This document shows, piece after piece, positions 50,922 to 62,936 of a stretch of 64,000 bases of DNA (within the stretch, counting starts at the first letter, position 1; every line of letters begins with the position of its first letter). Source of the DNA: Mustelus asterias. Taxonomy: Eukaryota. The stretch lies in contig NC_135830.1 in assembly GCF_964213995.1 (NCBI RefSeq), positions 4,402,001 through 4,466,000 on the forward strand, written 5' to 3'. The notes beneath the pieces were generated by a model. That model was given only the letters and a program-made list of their open reading frames with translations. It had not been told where the DNA came from and searched no databases. The translations under genes and the position numbers were made by a program.

Positions 50922-51400
50922 ATATAGAAACATAGAAGATAGGAGCAGGAGGAGGCCACTTGGCCCTTCGAGCCTGCTCTGCCATTCATTACAATCATGG
51001 CTGATCATCCAACTCAATAGCCTAATCCTGCTTTTTCCCCATAACCTTTGATCCCATTCGCTCCAAGTGCTTTATCCAGCCGCCTCTTGAATACATTCAA
51101 TGTTTTGGCATCAACTACTTCCTGTGGTAATAAATTCCACAGGGTGACCTCTCTTTGGGTGAAGAAATGTCTCCTCACCTCCGTCCTAAATGGTCTACCC
51201 TGAATCCTCAGACTGTGACCCCCGGTTCTGGACTCCATCGGGAACATCCTCCCTGCATCTATCCTGTCTCGACCTGTTAGAATTTTATAAGTCTCTATCA
51301 GATTCCCCCCTCATTCATCTGAACTCCAACGAAAACAATCCTAACCTCGTCAGTCTCTCCTCATACATCAGTCCTGCGATTCCCTGAATCAGCCTGGTAA
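50922..51400 (-). mobile_element. CR1 3' fragment in the ZNF H intron
   Basis: MFPMESRTGGHSLRI...FFTQREVTLWN; splits the conserved GACATTG/ACATCC intron motif. Confidence 0.85.
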
Positions 51401-53063
51401 ACATCCTTTGCTCCCTCAGCTTGACACATTTATTTGTCTGTCGAAAAGGATGGTCTTTTTCCTAATGTTCACATTAAAGGGCAGCTTTCCAGGAGATGGC
51501 TGACATTTAAGGGGTACAGTACATTAATATAGGACAGAGATATGTCTCGTGTTGTTATATGATACCCATATGATATGTTTCTGTAATAAAATACATTTAT
51601 TATCATTTCTTGCATTGTAATATAAGGCTGTAGCGATGTTATACATTTCCAGTCATAAAGTCATTACAGCACAGAAGGAATCCATTCGGTAAATCGAGTC
51701 CAGGCTGACTCTCTGTATGACATTCCAGTCCCATTCCCACTCGATATCCTCATTCTCCTGAAAGTTAATTTCCTTCAAGTGCCCATCCACTTTCATTTTT
51801 AAATAGAATCCATAGATATGGATGGAGAATTACAACTTTTTGGGAATGAAATAGGAAAGAATGTTCCATAGAAACTAGAATTGTCTGCTCTGAATTTCTA
51901 TCCTATACTGACTGTGATGACTTTTGCAAACTCATTTCACAGGATTTTGAATGAGGAATCACAAGCAAAAATCTCAACCATCACATCTAGACAGTCATTT
52001 TCCTTGGGATCTGAATATCTTGTAATATGGAACTGTAGCTACGTTATATATTTCCAGACATCTCTTCCCTCAAAGGGTTGTTAGTCTTTTGGATTTCTCT
52101 TCTACAGGGACCAGTGGAGGCTGAGGATCATTGAATATATTCCAGTTAGACAGATTTTTGACTGACAAGGGTGTCAAGGATTATGGGGAACAGACAAGAA
52201 GATGGAGCAAAAGCTAAGATGTGGGGTGATTTCTTCACTCAAGGATGCGGTAAAGCTTTGGAATTCTCAACCCGAGGACAGTGAAACCTCAGTCATCAAC
52301 TATTTTCAAGAGAGAAATTGATTGGTTTCTAGATATTGAAGATATCAAGGGATATGGGTTTAGTGCGGGGAGAATGATGCTGAGGTAGATGAACGAATTA
52401 TCTCATTGAATAGTTTAAAAGTCTCGATGAGCCAAATGGCCGACTGCAGCTCCTATTTGTTATGGTCTCTGTGTCCAGGACAGGAAGCAGTGAGCATGAA
52501 TCTGTCAATCAGCCTCAATCAGCACCTTCAGGAGAATTGGGAGGGTGAATATTAGATACAGCAGAGTGAGAATGGAGGGAGAGTGTGTGGGATGGAGATT
52601 CACAGCTTTTTGGGACTGAAATAGGAAAGAATGTTCCATAGAAACTAGAATTGTCTGTTCTGAATTTCTATCCTGTACTGACACTGATGACTTTTGTAAA
52701 CTTGTTTTCCAGGATATTGAAAGAGGAATCACAGACCGAAACCTCAAACGTCACGTCTAGATCTGACAGAGTCATATTCCTTGGGAGCTGAATATCATCG
52801 GCCTTTGAATCTAGAAGGAGAAATTGGTGTCCAGTCTGTTGATTTGAAAAGATTTCAAATGTCAGTGTGACTGGAAAAGCACCAACACACTGCCACACTC
52901 GAGTGAGAGTGTTCCAGTGCACTGACTAAAGAGTTTTAACCAGTTACACAGCCTGAATAAATATTACATAATTCACAGCGGGGAGAGACTGTACTCGTGC
53001 TGTGAGTGTGGACGAGGCTTCATCTGATTGTCCACCCAAGAGAGAGGCAAGGACACCTGCACC

Positions 53064-53990
53064 ATGGAGAAACCATGGAAATGTGCAGACTGTGGGAAGA
53101 GATACAGAGCTCCATCAGAGCTGGAAGCTCATCGGCGCAGTCACACTGGGGAGAGACCATTCACCTGCTCTCAGTGTGGGGAGGGATTCACTCAGTCATC
53201 CGGCCTGCAGTCACACCAGCGAGTTCACACTGGGGAGAGGCCGTTCACGTGTTCTCAGTGTGGGGAGGGATTCAGTCATTTATCCAGCCTGCGCATACAC
53301 CAGCGAGTTCACACTGGGGAGAAGCCATTCAGCTGCTCTCAGTGTGGGAAGGGATTCGCTTGTTCATCCACCCTGCGGGCACACCAGCGAGTTCACACTG
53401 GGGAGAGGCCATTCACCTGCTCTCAATGTGGGAAGGGATTCACTCAATCATCCCACCTGCAGACACACAAGCGAGTTCACACTGGGGAGAGGCCATTCAC
53501 CTGCTCTCAATGTGGGGAGGGATTCACTCGGTCATCCCACCTGCAGAGACACCAGCGACTTCACACTGGGGAGAGGCCATTCATTTGCTCTCCGTGTGGG
53601 AAGGGATTCTGTGATTCATCGAGCCTGCTGAGACACCAGCGTGTTCACACTGGGGAGAGACCATTCACCTGCTCTCAGTGTGGGAAGGGATTCACTCGGT
53701 TATCCCACCTGCAGATACACCAGCGAGTTCACACTGGGGAGAGGCCGTTCACCTGCTCTCAGTGTGGGAAGGGATTCACTCGGTTATCCCACCTACAGAT
53801 ACACCAGCGAGTTCACACTGGGGAGAGACCATTCACCTGCTCTCAATGTGAGAAGGAATTCATTCGGTTATCCCACCTGTGGAGACACCAGCGAGTTCAC
53901 ACAGGGGAGAGACCGTTCTCCTGCTCTGTGTGTGGGAAGGGATTCACTCAGTCATCCCACCTGCAGAGACACCAACAAGTTCACGAGTGA
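53064..53990 (+). CDS. Tandem C2H2 zinc-finger protein H (11 fingers, 308 aa)
   Basis: Intact ORF with ACCATGG start context; close paralogue of ZNF E. Confidence 0.9.
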   Translation: MEKPWKCADCGKRYRAPSELEAHRRSHTGERPFTCSQCGEGFTQSSGLQSHQRVHTGERPFTCSQCGEGFSHLSSLRIHQRVHTGEKPFSCSQCGKGFACSSTLRAHQRVHTGERPFTCSQCGKGFTQSSHLQTHKRVHTGERPFTCSQCGEGFTRSSHLQRHQRLHTGERPFICSPCGKGFCDSSSLLRHQRVHTGERPFTCSQCGKGFTRLSHLQIHQRVHTGERPFTCSQCGKGFTRLSHLQIHQRVHTGERPFTCSQCEKEFIRLSHLWRHQRVHTGERPFSCSVCGKGFTQSSHLQRHQQVHE

Positions 53991-55028
53991 TCACACGGGT
54001 TGGATTCTGCTGTTATTGTTTCTGCTCTCAATTACATCCAGGACTGCATTTTGTTCATTCTCACAGTTGGTCAATGGGGAGGGTCGGAGGGTTTCTTTCT
54101 GCTGGACTGGCCGGTCTCATGACTTTGCCTCCAGTGGGCTGATGCTCTTTGAGTCTTGTTGCGAATCCCTGGTTTCAAATTTCACACGGATCACAGAGTG
54201 ACAGGGTGTTAGGAAGTCAAGAGTCACTATTTCTGTTTGAAACCTCCCAAACGCCCATCCAATTTCCTTTGTAATTGTTTATTGTCTCCACTTCCTCCAC
54301 CCTCGTAGGCAGCGAGTTCCAGGTCATTACCATTCGCTGCATCAGAATATTCTTCCTCACATCCCCCTTTCCTCTCTGACCCAAAACCATAAATCTGTGT
54401 CCCCCCTCATCCTTGTCCCATCAGCTAATGGGAACAGCTTTTCTTTGTCCACCTTATCTAAACCTGTCAGAATCTTGTCCACCTCTATCAAATCTCCCCT
54501 CAACCTCCTTTGCTCCAAGGGGAACAACCCCAGCCTGACATCGACAATAAAGAACAAACTAACAGAATATGTTAATACCTGAAATCAAATGGGAATGTTT
54601 AATTTCTGTTTTGAAGATATTGTGAATATATTGTCCTGGACAATAAAGGAATTTGAAGAACTCACCTTGGGTGTGGTTGAATGGAATATATCAATCTGGT
54701 ATCCACCTACAGTCTAGTGAAAGTCAGGAATGTGTAGCTGGAAATCCCTCCCTAACAGCACTGTGGGTGTACTTACACCTCAGGCATTGTAGCAGTTCAG
54801 GAAGGCAGTGTTGGGGTTGACCACGGCCGAGGCAGCTACATACAGCCACATATTCTGTTATAATTGAAGGACTACAGATTGAATGTGAGGCATTGTGGGA
54901 CTGGACTATCTTGACCACATTCCTGTGACTGCTCAGTTTCTGCAATCACGGACCATTAAAGCTGCTTAGCAGGGCCCCAACAGAGGACTTGGTGAGAATA
55001 TTTACTCAGAATGAGTTAGAATTAAACT

Positions 55029-55350
55029 AGGGCGGCACGGTGGCACAGTGGTTAGCACTGCTGCCTCACAGCTCCAGGGACCCGGGTTCGATTCCCAATG
55101 GGTCACTGTCTGTGTGGAGTTTGCACATTCTCTCCGTGTCTGCGTGGGTTTCCTGCGGGTGCTCCGGTTTCCTCTCACAGTCCAAAGAAGTGCGGGTTAG
55201 GTAGATAGGCCATGCTAAATTGCCCCTTAGTGTCAGGGGGACTAGCCGGGGTAAATGCATGGGGTTATGGGGATAGGGTCGGTGGGATTGTGGTTGGTGC
55301 AGACTTGATGGGCCGAATGGCCTCCTTCTGCACTGCAGAGATTCTATGAG
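55029..55350 (+). mobile_element. HE1-type V-SINE
   Basis: A/B boxes, V domain, tail. Confidence 0.9.
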
Positions 55351-55717
55351 ATTATTGCAGGACTGGCTGGTGTTCAGCGACTGAGATACCTGGAATCTGT
55401 AAAAATAGGGTCTGACTAATCAACAAACGGGGTAGGAAGCTGACTAAGAAGTTAAGAAGCGTTCTCAGGCATGTTTAAATTATTTTATCATAAATTTGTG
55501 CTCAGAACTGTGAGGGACTTGTGACCTGATAGTCGGTGAAGTGACGGTATACTCCAAGTAGCACTGGACTGAAAAGCAGATCTCTGAGAGTAGATTCTAA
55601 TGGTTATAGTCTTACCCAAGCACGGCCAGTGAAAAATCAAAGCTCGAGTGGGGACTGGACAGGTCTCTTCCTGCCATTTGGAAACTAAGAACAAGAAACT
55701 TATCGATTAAACTGATT

Positions 55718-55898
55718 AGAGAATAGAGCCAATCTTTCGAGTCTGGATGACACTTCAGAAGAGCTCTTATAAAGGGTCATCCAGACTCGAAACATTGACT
55801 CTATTCTCTCTCCACAGATACTGTCAGACCTGCTGAGATTTTCCAGCATTTTCCGTTTTGTTTCAGATTCCAGCATCCGCAATATTTCACTTTTATGA
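55718..55898 (+). mobile_element. Penelope-type mini-element with 5' fold-back centred on GAGCTC (related degenerate copies ~56970-57105 + and ~60840-60975 -)
   Basis: Similar to 44861-45000; the hammerhead region is duplicated in inverted orientation and its core is degenerate. Confidence 0.7.
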
Positions 55899-58454
55899 TA
55901 AAATGATTAGTTCTGATTGGAATCCCCACGGCCCTCCCGCAAAACAGAGGGAGTGGTGGCAAAGGGAGAGAAAGGATAAGGATGATAAAGTCTGGGTCCT
56001 GATTCTCCGAGCCCATGGAGAATAAACAAAATGAGTGAATCAGTTTATAAAGAACAGAAGTTACCCATCCCTAACAAAAACTGATCAAATTAAATAGGTT
56101 GAAGAATATAACAAAAAAATTAATAGATGAAGTTTAAAACCATTTGTTTTGTTTTAAACTTGTGTAAAGTGATGTAATTGTCTGCCAAGTTTTTGCTGCT
56201 CACTCCCCACCCCTTTAGGTTCTGTAGAAAAGTTAACCCTTTCAGCAGACAGTTCATTTGTTTTTAAATCGCCCGGAAACTCGTGTGTCTATTTTAGTTC
56301 ATAATTGAAGATTTATGGGAATTGGCTAAGATGGGCTTTTGACATTTTTAAAGTATAAAAAAGTGGTCTTGAGAAGGTAATTTGGTAGAGAGAGGTGGAG
56401 GGAGATATGTTTACGGAGAGGTGTGGAGAGCTGTTGGTTTTACAAGTTATCCATGTTTTTGGAGCGGTCACTTCATGTCCTGGACGGAGAGGGATGGAGA
56501 GAAGTCTGTTCAATTGTTAAAGTTAAACTTTCTCTATTAACTGTTAATCCACACTCTGTTTTTTATCTTTCTGACTTGTTACATTTTTAATGATTAATAA
56601 AGTTTCTGATTTCACCATTTAAAGTGTTCTTTCTTGCCATATGGTTAAGTCACTGGAACCTGGTGTGATTTACGATTGGGGAGGTTATTGTAAACAAGAG
56701 AACCCCCATAAATCTTAGTTCAAATAAATCAAAGTTCTGACAAATGGAATGTTATCCTTTATTACGAGAGAAATTGAACATAGAAGTAAAGATGTTCTGC
56801 TTCAGTTATACAGGGCGTTGCTGAGACTGCATCTTGAACACTGGGTGCAGCTTTGTCTCCTATTTAAGAAATGATACAAATGCATTGAAAGTGGTTCAGA
56901 GGAGGTTTAAAAGATTGCTTCCCAATTCTTGACCCTTACAATATGAATTTTGTCCGATTTTCCTTCTCTTCAGCCCTGACAAAGGGTTATCCTGACTTGA
57001 AATGTTGTCTATATTCTCTCTCTACAGATGCTGTCAGACTTGCTGAGATTGTCCAGCATTTTCTGTTTTTGTTTCAGATTCCAACAACAGCAGAATTTTG
57101 CCTTTATGCCAATTCTTGTTGGGTAACGGAATCAAAAGTATCGGGTGTAGAACTAGAATATGAGGAACCCAACACAAACAGATCAGCCATGATGTAAATA
57201 AATGGTGGAACAGACTCAAAGGGCCAAATGGCCGACTTCTGCTCCGATGTCGAATGTTGGTCACAAATTCCTGAGAATTGTGAAACAAGACTGGAAGATT
57301 CACCTTGCTGTGTTAGTGGGAAAATGTCCAGGAGAACCATCACTGTGAAAGACAGTTCTGGGATTAAAGGTTGCCAGACTGGAAAAGGAAATAAACACTT
57401 GGGGAGTGAAGAATCACTTTGGACTGGTTTTTGGAGAATTTTGGAGACAGAGTAAAATATAACGGTTGAGTGGGATATTTGATTGTGTTAAGAATAAAAG
57501 GGCAAAGTTAAATTTTACAGTGTAAGGGCTATGTTCCCTACAAAGAACAGCGTTTAGTCATTGTTGCTTCCAGTTTGTTGGAGTAAATGTCAAAAAACTT
57601 GAAGTTTTGTCATGTGATTCTTTAATTTATTCACTGGGTTTAGAATTCATTTTTAAAAATGATTGAATGTCACAGAAATTCTAACAGTTCATTTCAAGCC
57701 ACAAGTTTTGATTTCCCATTTGAGCCTGGGACACCTTTCTGTCTCACTATCGCTCGTGTCAATGACAGCCAGGTGACGGAGCTGAGGGCTGAATTTAGCT
57801 GAGAATAATGGGGCCTGCGCCCCAGTTGGGAAACTGCCATGGGCGTCGCACTAATGGAGAGACAGGAAGGCGTTGGAGGACTGAGTGGGAAATGGGCCTT
57901 CAACCAATTGTTATATCGGTCACTCAGAGCTAAAGAGACAGATACAGGGGAGAGGCTGCACTGAAATCTGTCCCATTTAACCTGCACAAAAGCAGGAGGC
58001 TGAGATTGACAGTCTGCAGGAGGAGACCGTTCAGCCCATCTTGTCCCTGTTATCTCTTTGAAATGACCCTCTGATTCATCCAACTGCTCTGTTTTTTCCC
58101 CACAGCCCTGCAAATTCTTCCCTTTCAAGTTTTTACCCTTTGGAAAGATTCTATTGAATCTGCTTTCAGGCAGATCAGAACAACTCGCTGTGTCAAAAAA
58201 TAAAATAAAATTTCATCTCCCCCTCTGGCTCCTTTGCCAATTACCTTCGAGGGACCCACTTTCCCTAAAGTGCATCAATCTCATCAGGAAAAGTCCAGAA
58301 AAATCAAAATTTACTGATAAAAGTTCATGAATGAAACAGAACATGGTTAAAACTAACACTTGAGGATCAAAGACAACCAGAGTAAAAGGATGTTCATAAT
58401 GTTCTGGATCCAAATGGTTTCTCTTTAATTCATCTGTAGCCTGTTCCCTGCCCT

Positions 58455-59070
58455 CTTTGTGGAACACCTCCGCTCAGTCCACAAGCATGACCCTGACCTT
58501 CCGCTTGCCATTAGAATTCACCACCTTGCTCTCACGCTCACATTTCTGTCCTCGGCCTGCTGCAATGTTCCGGAGAAACCCAACACAAGCTGGACAAACA
58601 GCCCCGCATCTTCCGATGAGGCACTTTACAGCCTTCTGGACTCAACATTGAGTTCAACAACTTCACACCCTGAACTCTCTCTTCATTTTGATTTGTCTTT
58701 TTTGCCGAGTGCCAGTCTGCATCTTGTTTTCATGTTTTTTTGCTGCCAGACAGAGCTGTCCTTTATTCTGCCATTAACACTTACTCTGGACCAATTAATT
58801 TGTTTCTTTACCACAACCATTACCTCTCCCTTTGCCTTTTGTTCCAGGACATTTTTGTCATTTAATCTCACCCATCCTCTAACCAATCCCTGACTTTCCC
58901 TTTTGTTCTACCTGCCCCTCCCCCCTTTCTCAGCAGCATCAAACCCATCACATTTCTCCCTCTCTTTAGTTCTGAAGTAGAGTTACATTGGACGTGAAAC
59001 ATTAACTCTGTTTCTCTCTCCACAGATGCTGTCAGACCTGCTGTGTTTTTCCAGTTCTTTCTGTATTTAT
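58455..59070 (+). mobile_element. Penelope 3' fragment (GIY-YIG tail + pseudo-LTR)
   Basis: FVEHLRSV...HISVLGLLQC...IFR*GTLQPSGLNIEFNNF, then CTGAAGT-AGAGTT...GAAACATT (mutated hammerhead). Confidence 0.8.
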
Positions 59071-59348
59071 TTTAGATCTCCCTGTGGTGGAGGGAAAAAC
59101 ACTATTTACTGCCCAGGATAAAATAAATGTCCTTCAACAGCTTTTGTGGATAATTTCAGTGGAAATGTGCTCTCCCAGGCTCAAAGAGCATCAGCCCATT
59201 GGAAGCAAAGTCATGAGACCGGCCAGTCCAGCAGAAAGAAACCCTCCGACTCTCGCCATTGACCAACTGTGAGAATGAACAAAATGCAGTCCTGGATGTA
59301 ATTGAGAGCAGAAACAATAACAGCAGAATTCAACCCCTGGAATCACTC
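59070..59348 (-). pseudogene. Orphan ZNF 3' UTR (coding region absent)
   Basis: Matches the family 3' UTR up to the GAG TGA stop, then homology ends. Confidence 0.85.
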
Positions 59349-59399
59349 TTAATTAACCTATGGAGGCAAGAACATCTTGCCTCCATAGGTTAATTAAGA
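59347..59399. repeat. Perfect 25-bp inverted repeat with 3-nt spacer
   Basis: TCTTAATTAACCTATGGAGGCAAGA-aca-TCTTGCCTCCATAGGTTAATTAAGA. Confidence 0.97.
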
Positions 59400-59989
59400 A
59401 TGTTCTCTCCAAGGAGAGAGGGTGGGGAGGGTGGTGGGTGGAAAGGGACGGGGAAGGTGGGGGTGGAAGTTGAGGGGAGGGTGGGGTGGAATGGGAAGCA
59501 GTGGGAGGTTGGTGGATGGAGGGGTGGTCCGAGGGGGAGGGGTGTCGGGAGAAGGGGGACCGGTAAAGAGAGGGGGGAGATGGTGAGAGGGATGGAGGGG
59601 GGAAGGTAGGAGGAGATGGGGAAGGGAGACGGGGTGAGGTGGACGGGGAAGTGAGAAGACGGAGAGGAAGTTGGGGGAAGGGCGTGTTGGAAGGGGCATT
59701 TGTCAATTTAAGGATTAATTCCCAGGAGTTGGGAGGCTAAATCGTTCCACCAGAAGTTAATAAACTGTTGTGCTAAGGGGACATCCCAACCCAATCCAAT
59801 GACTCCCCACATGTACTTAGTGTCAAGGTGGGGTCACTGCGCACCCCCTTCCCCCCCCCCCCCCTCCCCCCACCTCCCCCAACTCCCACTTGCCATCCCA
59901 GTCTAAGAAGTTTGGAGACAGGGCTCCAGATGCGTAATGGCGGCCGCAGCTCCCTCACTCCCCCGCGCTGGGAAACCGCTCTATCTGCC

Positions 59990-60175
59990 GCGCGGGAGGT
60001 GACCAGGGACTGCGCATGAACAACGGAGAGGGGAAGCGGCGCATATGTGGGGTCGAGCCCAAAGCCTGACCTTCAGGCTGAGGTGTTGACCAATGCGAAG
60101 AGTTGGAGGACCGGAAGGACTGTGGTCCTCCAGCCAATCAGAGCGCGGGCTTTGTGTGAATGAAGATTGAAACCT
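59990..60175 (+). promoter_or_regulatory. Promoter half for ZNF I
   Basis: Paralogous to 16500-16680: GCGCATG motifs and paired CCAAT with the intervening palindrome. Confidence 0.7.
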
Positions 60176-60196
60176 CTTCCTGTCTCCAACATCTGT

Positions 60197-60242
60197 CCTG
60201 ACTTAATCTGAGTTTGTTTATTTGGTTTGACCTAAAAAGAGG
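60197..60242 (+). mobile_element. 46-bp Tx1 3' terminus in ZNF I exon 1
   Basis: Flanked by 10-bp TSD CAACATCTGT (60187-60196 / 60243-60252). Confidence 0.9.
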
Positions 60243-61837
60243 CAACATCTGTGAGTAAAAGACTTTATTTTCTCCTTCTTTCCATTTCTTTTCTCATTCT
60301 GGGGGGAAATTGGGGACTTGCAGCTACTGAAGGAAAATAAGTGAATCCAGGGAGGGTGCAGACTCTGGAAAGGTTGGCCCAGGTCTCTCTCTCTATTTTA
60401 AATGCATTGACATCCTTTGCTCCCTCAGCTTGACACATTGATTTGTCTGGCTAAAATGATGATCTCTTTCCGAATGTTATTAAATTAAAGGACTGGTTTC
60501 TCCAGGAGATGGCTGACATTTAAGGGGACAGTAAATTAATATAGGACAGAGATATATCTAGTGTTATTATATGATACAGATTAGATATATTATTTGTAGT
60601 TCTGTAATGAAATACATTTATGATTATTTCTAGTTTAGTAATATAATACTGTCGCTATGCTGTATGTTTCCAGTCAGAGTCATTACAGCACAGAAGGAGT
60701 TCATTCAGTAACTCGAGTCCATGCCGACTCTCGTTTCAGCTTCATCTCACCTTGGGCTGAATTTGAGATGCCGACCTGGGAGAAAAGGTTTTCCCTCCTG
60801 TCCCCTCTAAACTGTCCACCAGTCACTTTAAATCTATGTGAAAAGCAAAATACTGCAGATGCTGCAATCTGAACAAAAAAACAGTGAAAATGCTGGAAAA
60901 TCTCAGCAGGTCTGACAGCATCTGTGGCGAGAGAATAGAACCAACGTTAAAGTCTGGTTGACCCTTCATCAGACTCTTGAGCTCTGGCATTTTCTGTGTT
61001 AAACCTACGCTCCCTGGTAATCGCACCTTCTGCTATGGGAAACATGTCAGTTCTGTTTACCCTTTCTCGACCCTTATAATTTTAAAGTACTGGTTACATT
61101 CAGTCAGTCCCAGTCCCCCTCCATATCCCCTTTGCAGGTAAATTTGTCAGTTTATTTCCTTCTGGTGCCATCTACCTCCACTTCCACATGCTGCTGAAAT
61201 CAAGTTCTTCCGCACATCCCCATATATCCAGTAACACAGTACTGTGTATTACATCGGTTTTTAGTCCAATAAACATATATAAAATCAGTGAGCATGGATC
61301 TATTGGTCAGCAAGAATTGGTCCCTTCAGGAGAATTGGGAGGGTGAATATTAGATACAGCAGAGTGAGAATGGAGGGAGTGTGTGTGGGATGGAGATTTA
61401 TGATTTTTGGGGAATGAGAGAGGAAAGAATGTTCCATCAAAACTAGAATTGTCTGTTTTGAATTTCTATCCAGTGCTGACACTGATGTATTTTGTAAACT
61501 TCTTTTACAGGATATCAGAAGGCGAGGATTGACAGATGAAAGACAACATCTGACAGAGTCTCTTAATTCATTGGGACCTGAATATCATCGGCCTTTGAAT
61601 CTAGAAGGAGAAATGTTTCTCTGTTCTGTCTGCTTCAAAAGACTTTAATCGTTGGTGTGACTTGAAAAGCACTGAGACACACACACACCCGAGTGAGAGT
61701 GTTCCAGTGCACTGAGTGTGGAAAGAGCTTTAACCTGTTACACAGCCTGAAAATACATCACAGCATTCACAGCGGGAGAGATTGTACCCGTGTTCTGTGT
61801 GTGGATGAGGCTTCAACTGATCGTCAAACCTGGAGAT

Positions 61838-61986
61838 CTTTTTCTGCACCTTAGCTATAACTAACACTACATTCTACATCCTCTCCTTTCCTTCTCTGTG
61901 TATAGTATGCTTTGTCTGTATAGCGCGCAAGAAACAATACTTTCCATTGCATACTAATACATGTGACAATAATGAATCAAATCAAA
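61838..61986 (+). mobile_element. LINE 3' tail fragment (Rex1/Babar-like) in the ZNF I leader
   Basis: Absent from paralogous leaders; ends GTGACAATAATGAATCAAATCAAA. Confidence 0.5.
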
Positions 61987-62008
61987 GAGTCACAAGGACA
62001 TCCGCACC

Positions 62009-62936
62009 ATGAAGAAGCCGTGGAAATGTGGAGACTGAGGGTGGGGATTCCAGTTCCCATCTGCACTGGAAACCCATCGGCGCAGTCACACCGGGGAGAG
62101 ACCGTTCACCTGCCCTCAGTCTGGAAATGGATTCACTGAGTTAAACATCCTGCGGATGCACCAGCGAGTTCACACTGGAGAGAGGCCGTACAAATGCACA
62201 GAGTGTGGGAAGGAATTCACTCAGTTATCCAGCCAGCTGAAACACCAGGTAATTCACACCGGGGAGAAACCGTTCACCTGCTCTGAACGTGGGAAGAGAT
62301 TTACTCAGTCTTCCAGCCTGCTGAGACATCAGCGAGTTCACACTGGGGAGAGGCCATTCACCTACCCTGAGTGTGGAAAGGGATTCACTGAATCATCAAA
62401 CCTGCTAACACACAAGCGAGTCCGCACCAGAGAGTGACCTTTTATCTGTTCCGTGTGTGGGAAAGGATTCACTCAGTTCATCAACCTGCAGATTCACCAG
62501 CGAGTTCACACCAGGGAGAGACCTTTCACTTACTCTGAGTGCGCGAAGGGATTTACTGAGCCATCAAACTTACTGATACACAAGCGGGTTCACACAGGAG
62601 AGAGGCCCTTTGGCTGCTCTGCTTTTGCGAAAGGATTCAGGGATGTTTTCACCCTGTGGAACCACCAGCGGGCTCACACTGGGGGTGAGGCCATTCACCT
62701 GCCCTGTGTGTGGGAAGGGATTCACTCTGCGATCAAACATGCTGAGACACCGGCGAGCTCATACTGGAGAGAGGCCGTTCATCTGCTCTGACTGTGGGAA
62801 GAAATTTATTGATTCATCTCATCTGCTGACACACCAGCGAGTTCACACTGGGGAGAGGCCGTTCACCTGCTCTCAGTGTGGGAAGGGATTCACTCAGTCA
62901 TCCCAACTGCTGAGACACCAGCGAGTTTGCAAGTGA
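62009..62936 (+). pseudogene. C2H2 zinc-finger pseudogene I (11 fingers)
   Basis: MKKPWKCGD* early stop, second stop at 62435, frameshift near 62685, lost Cys residues. Confidence 0.9.

Noticed and set aside
59400-59706. Proline-rich and glycine-rich ORFs
   Set aside because: Products of a low-complexity purine tract.
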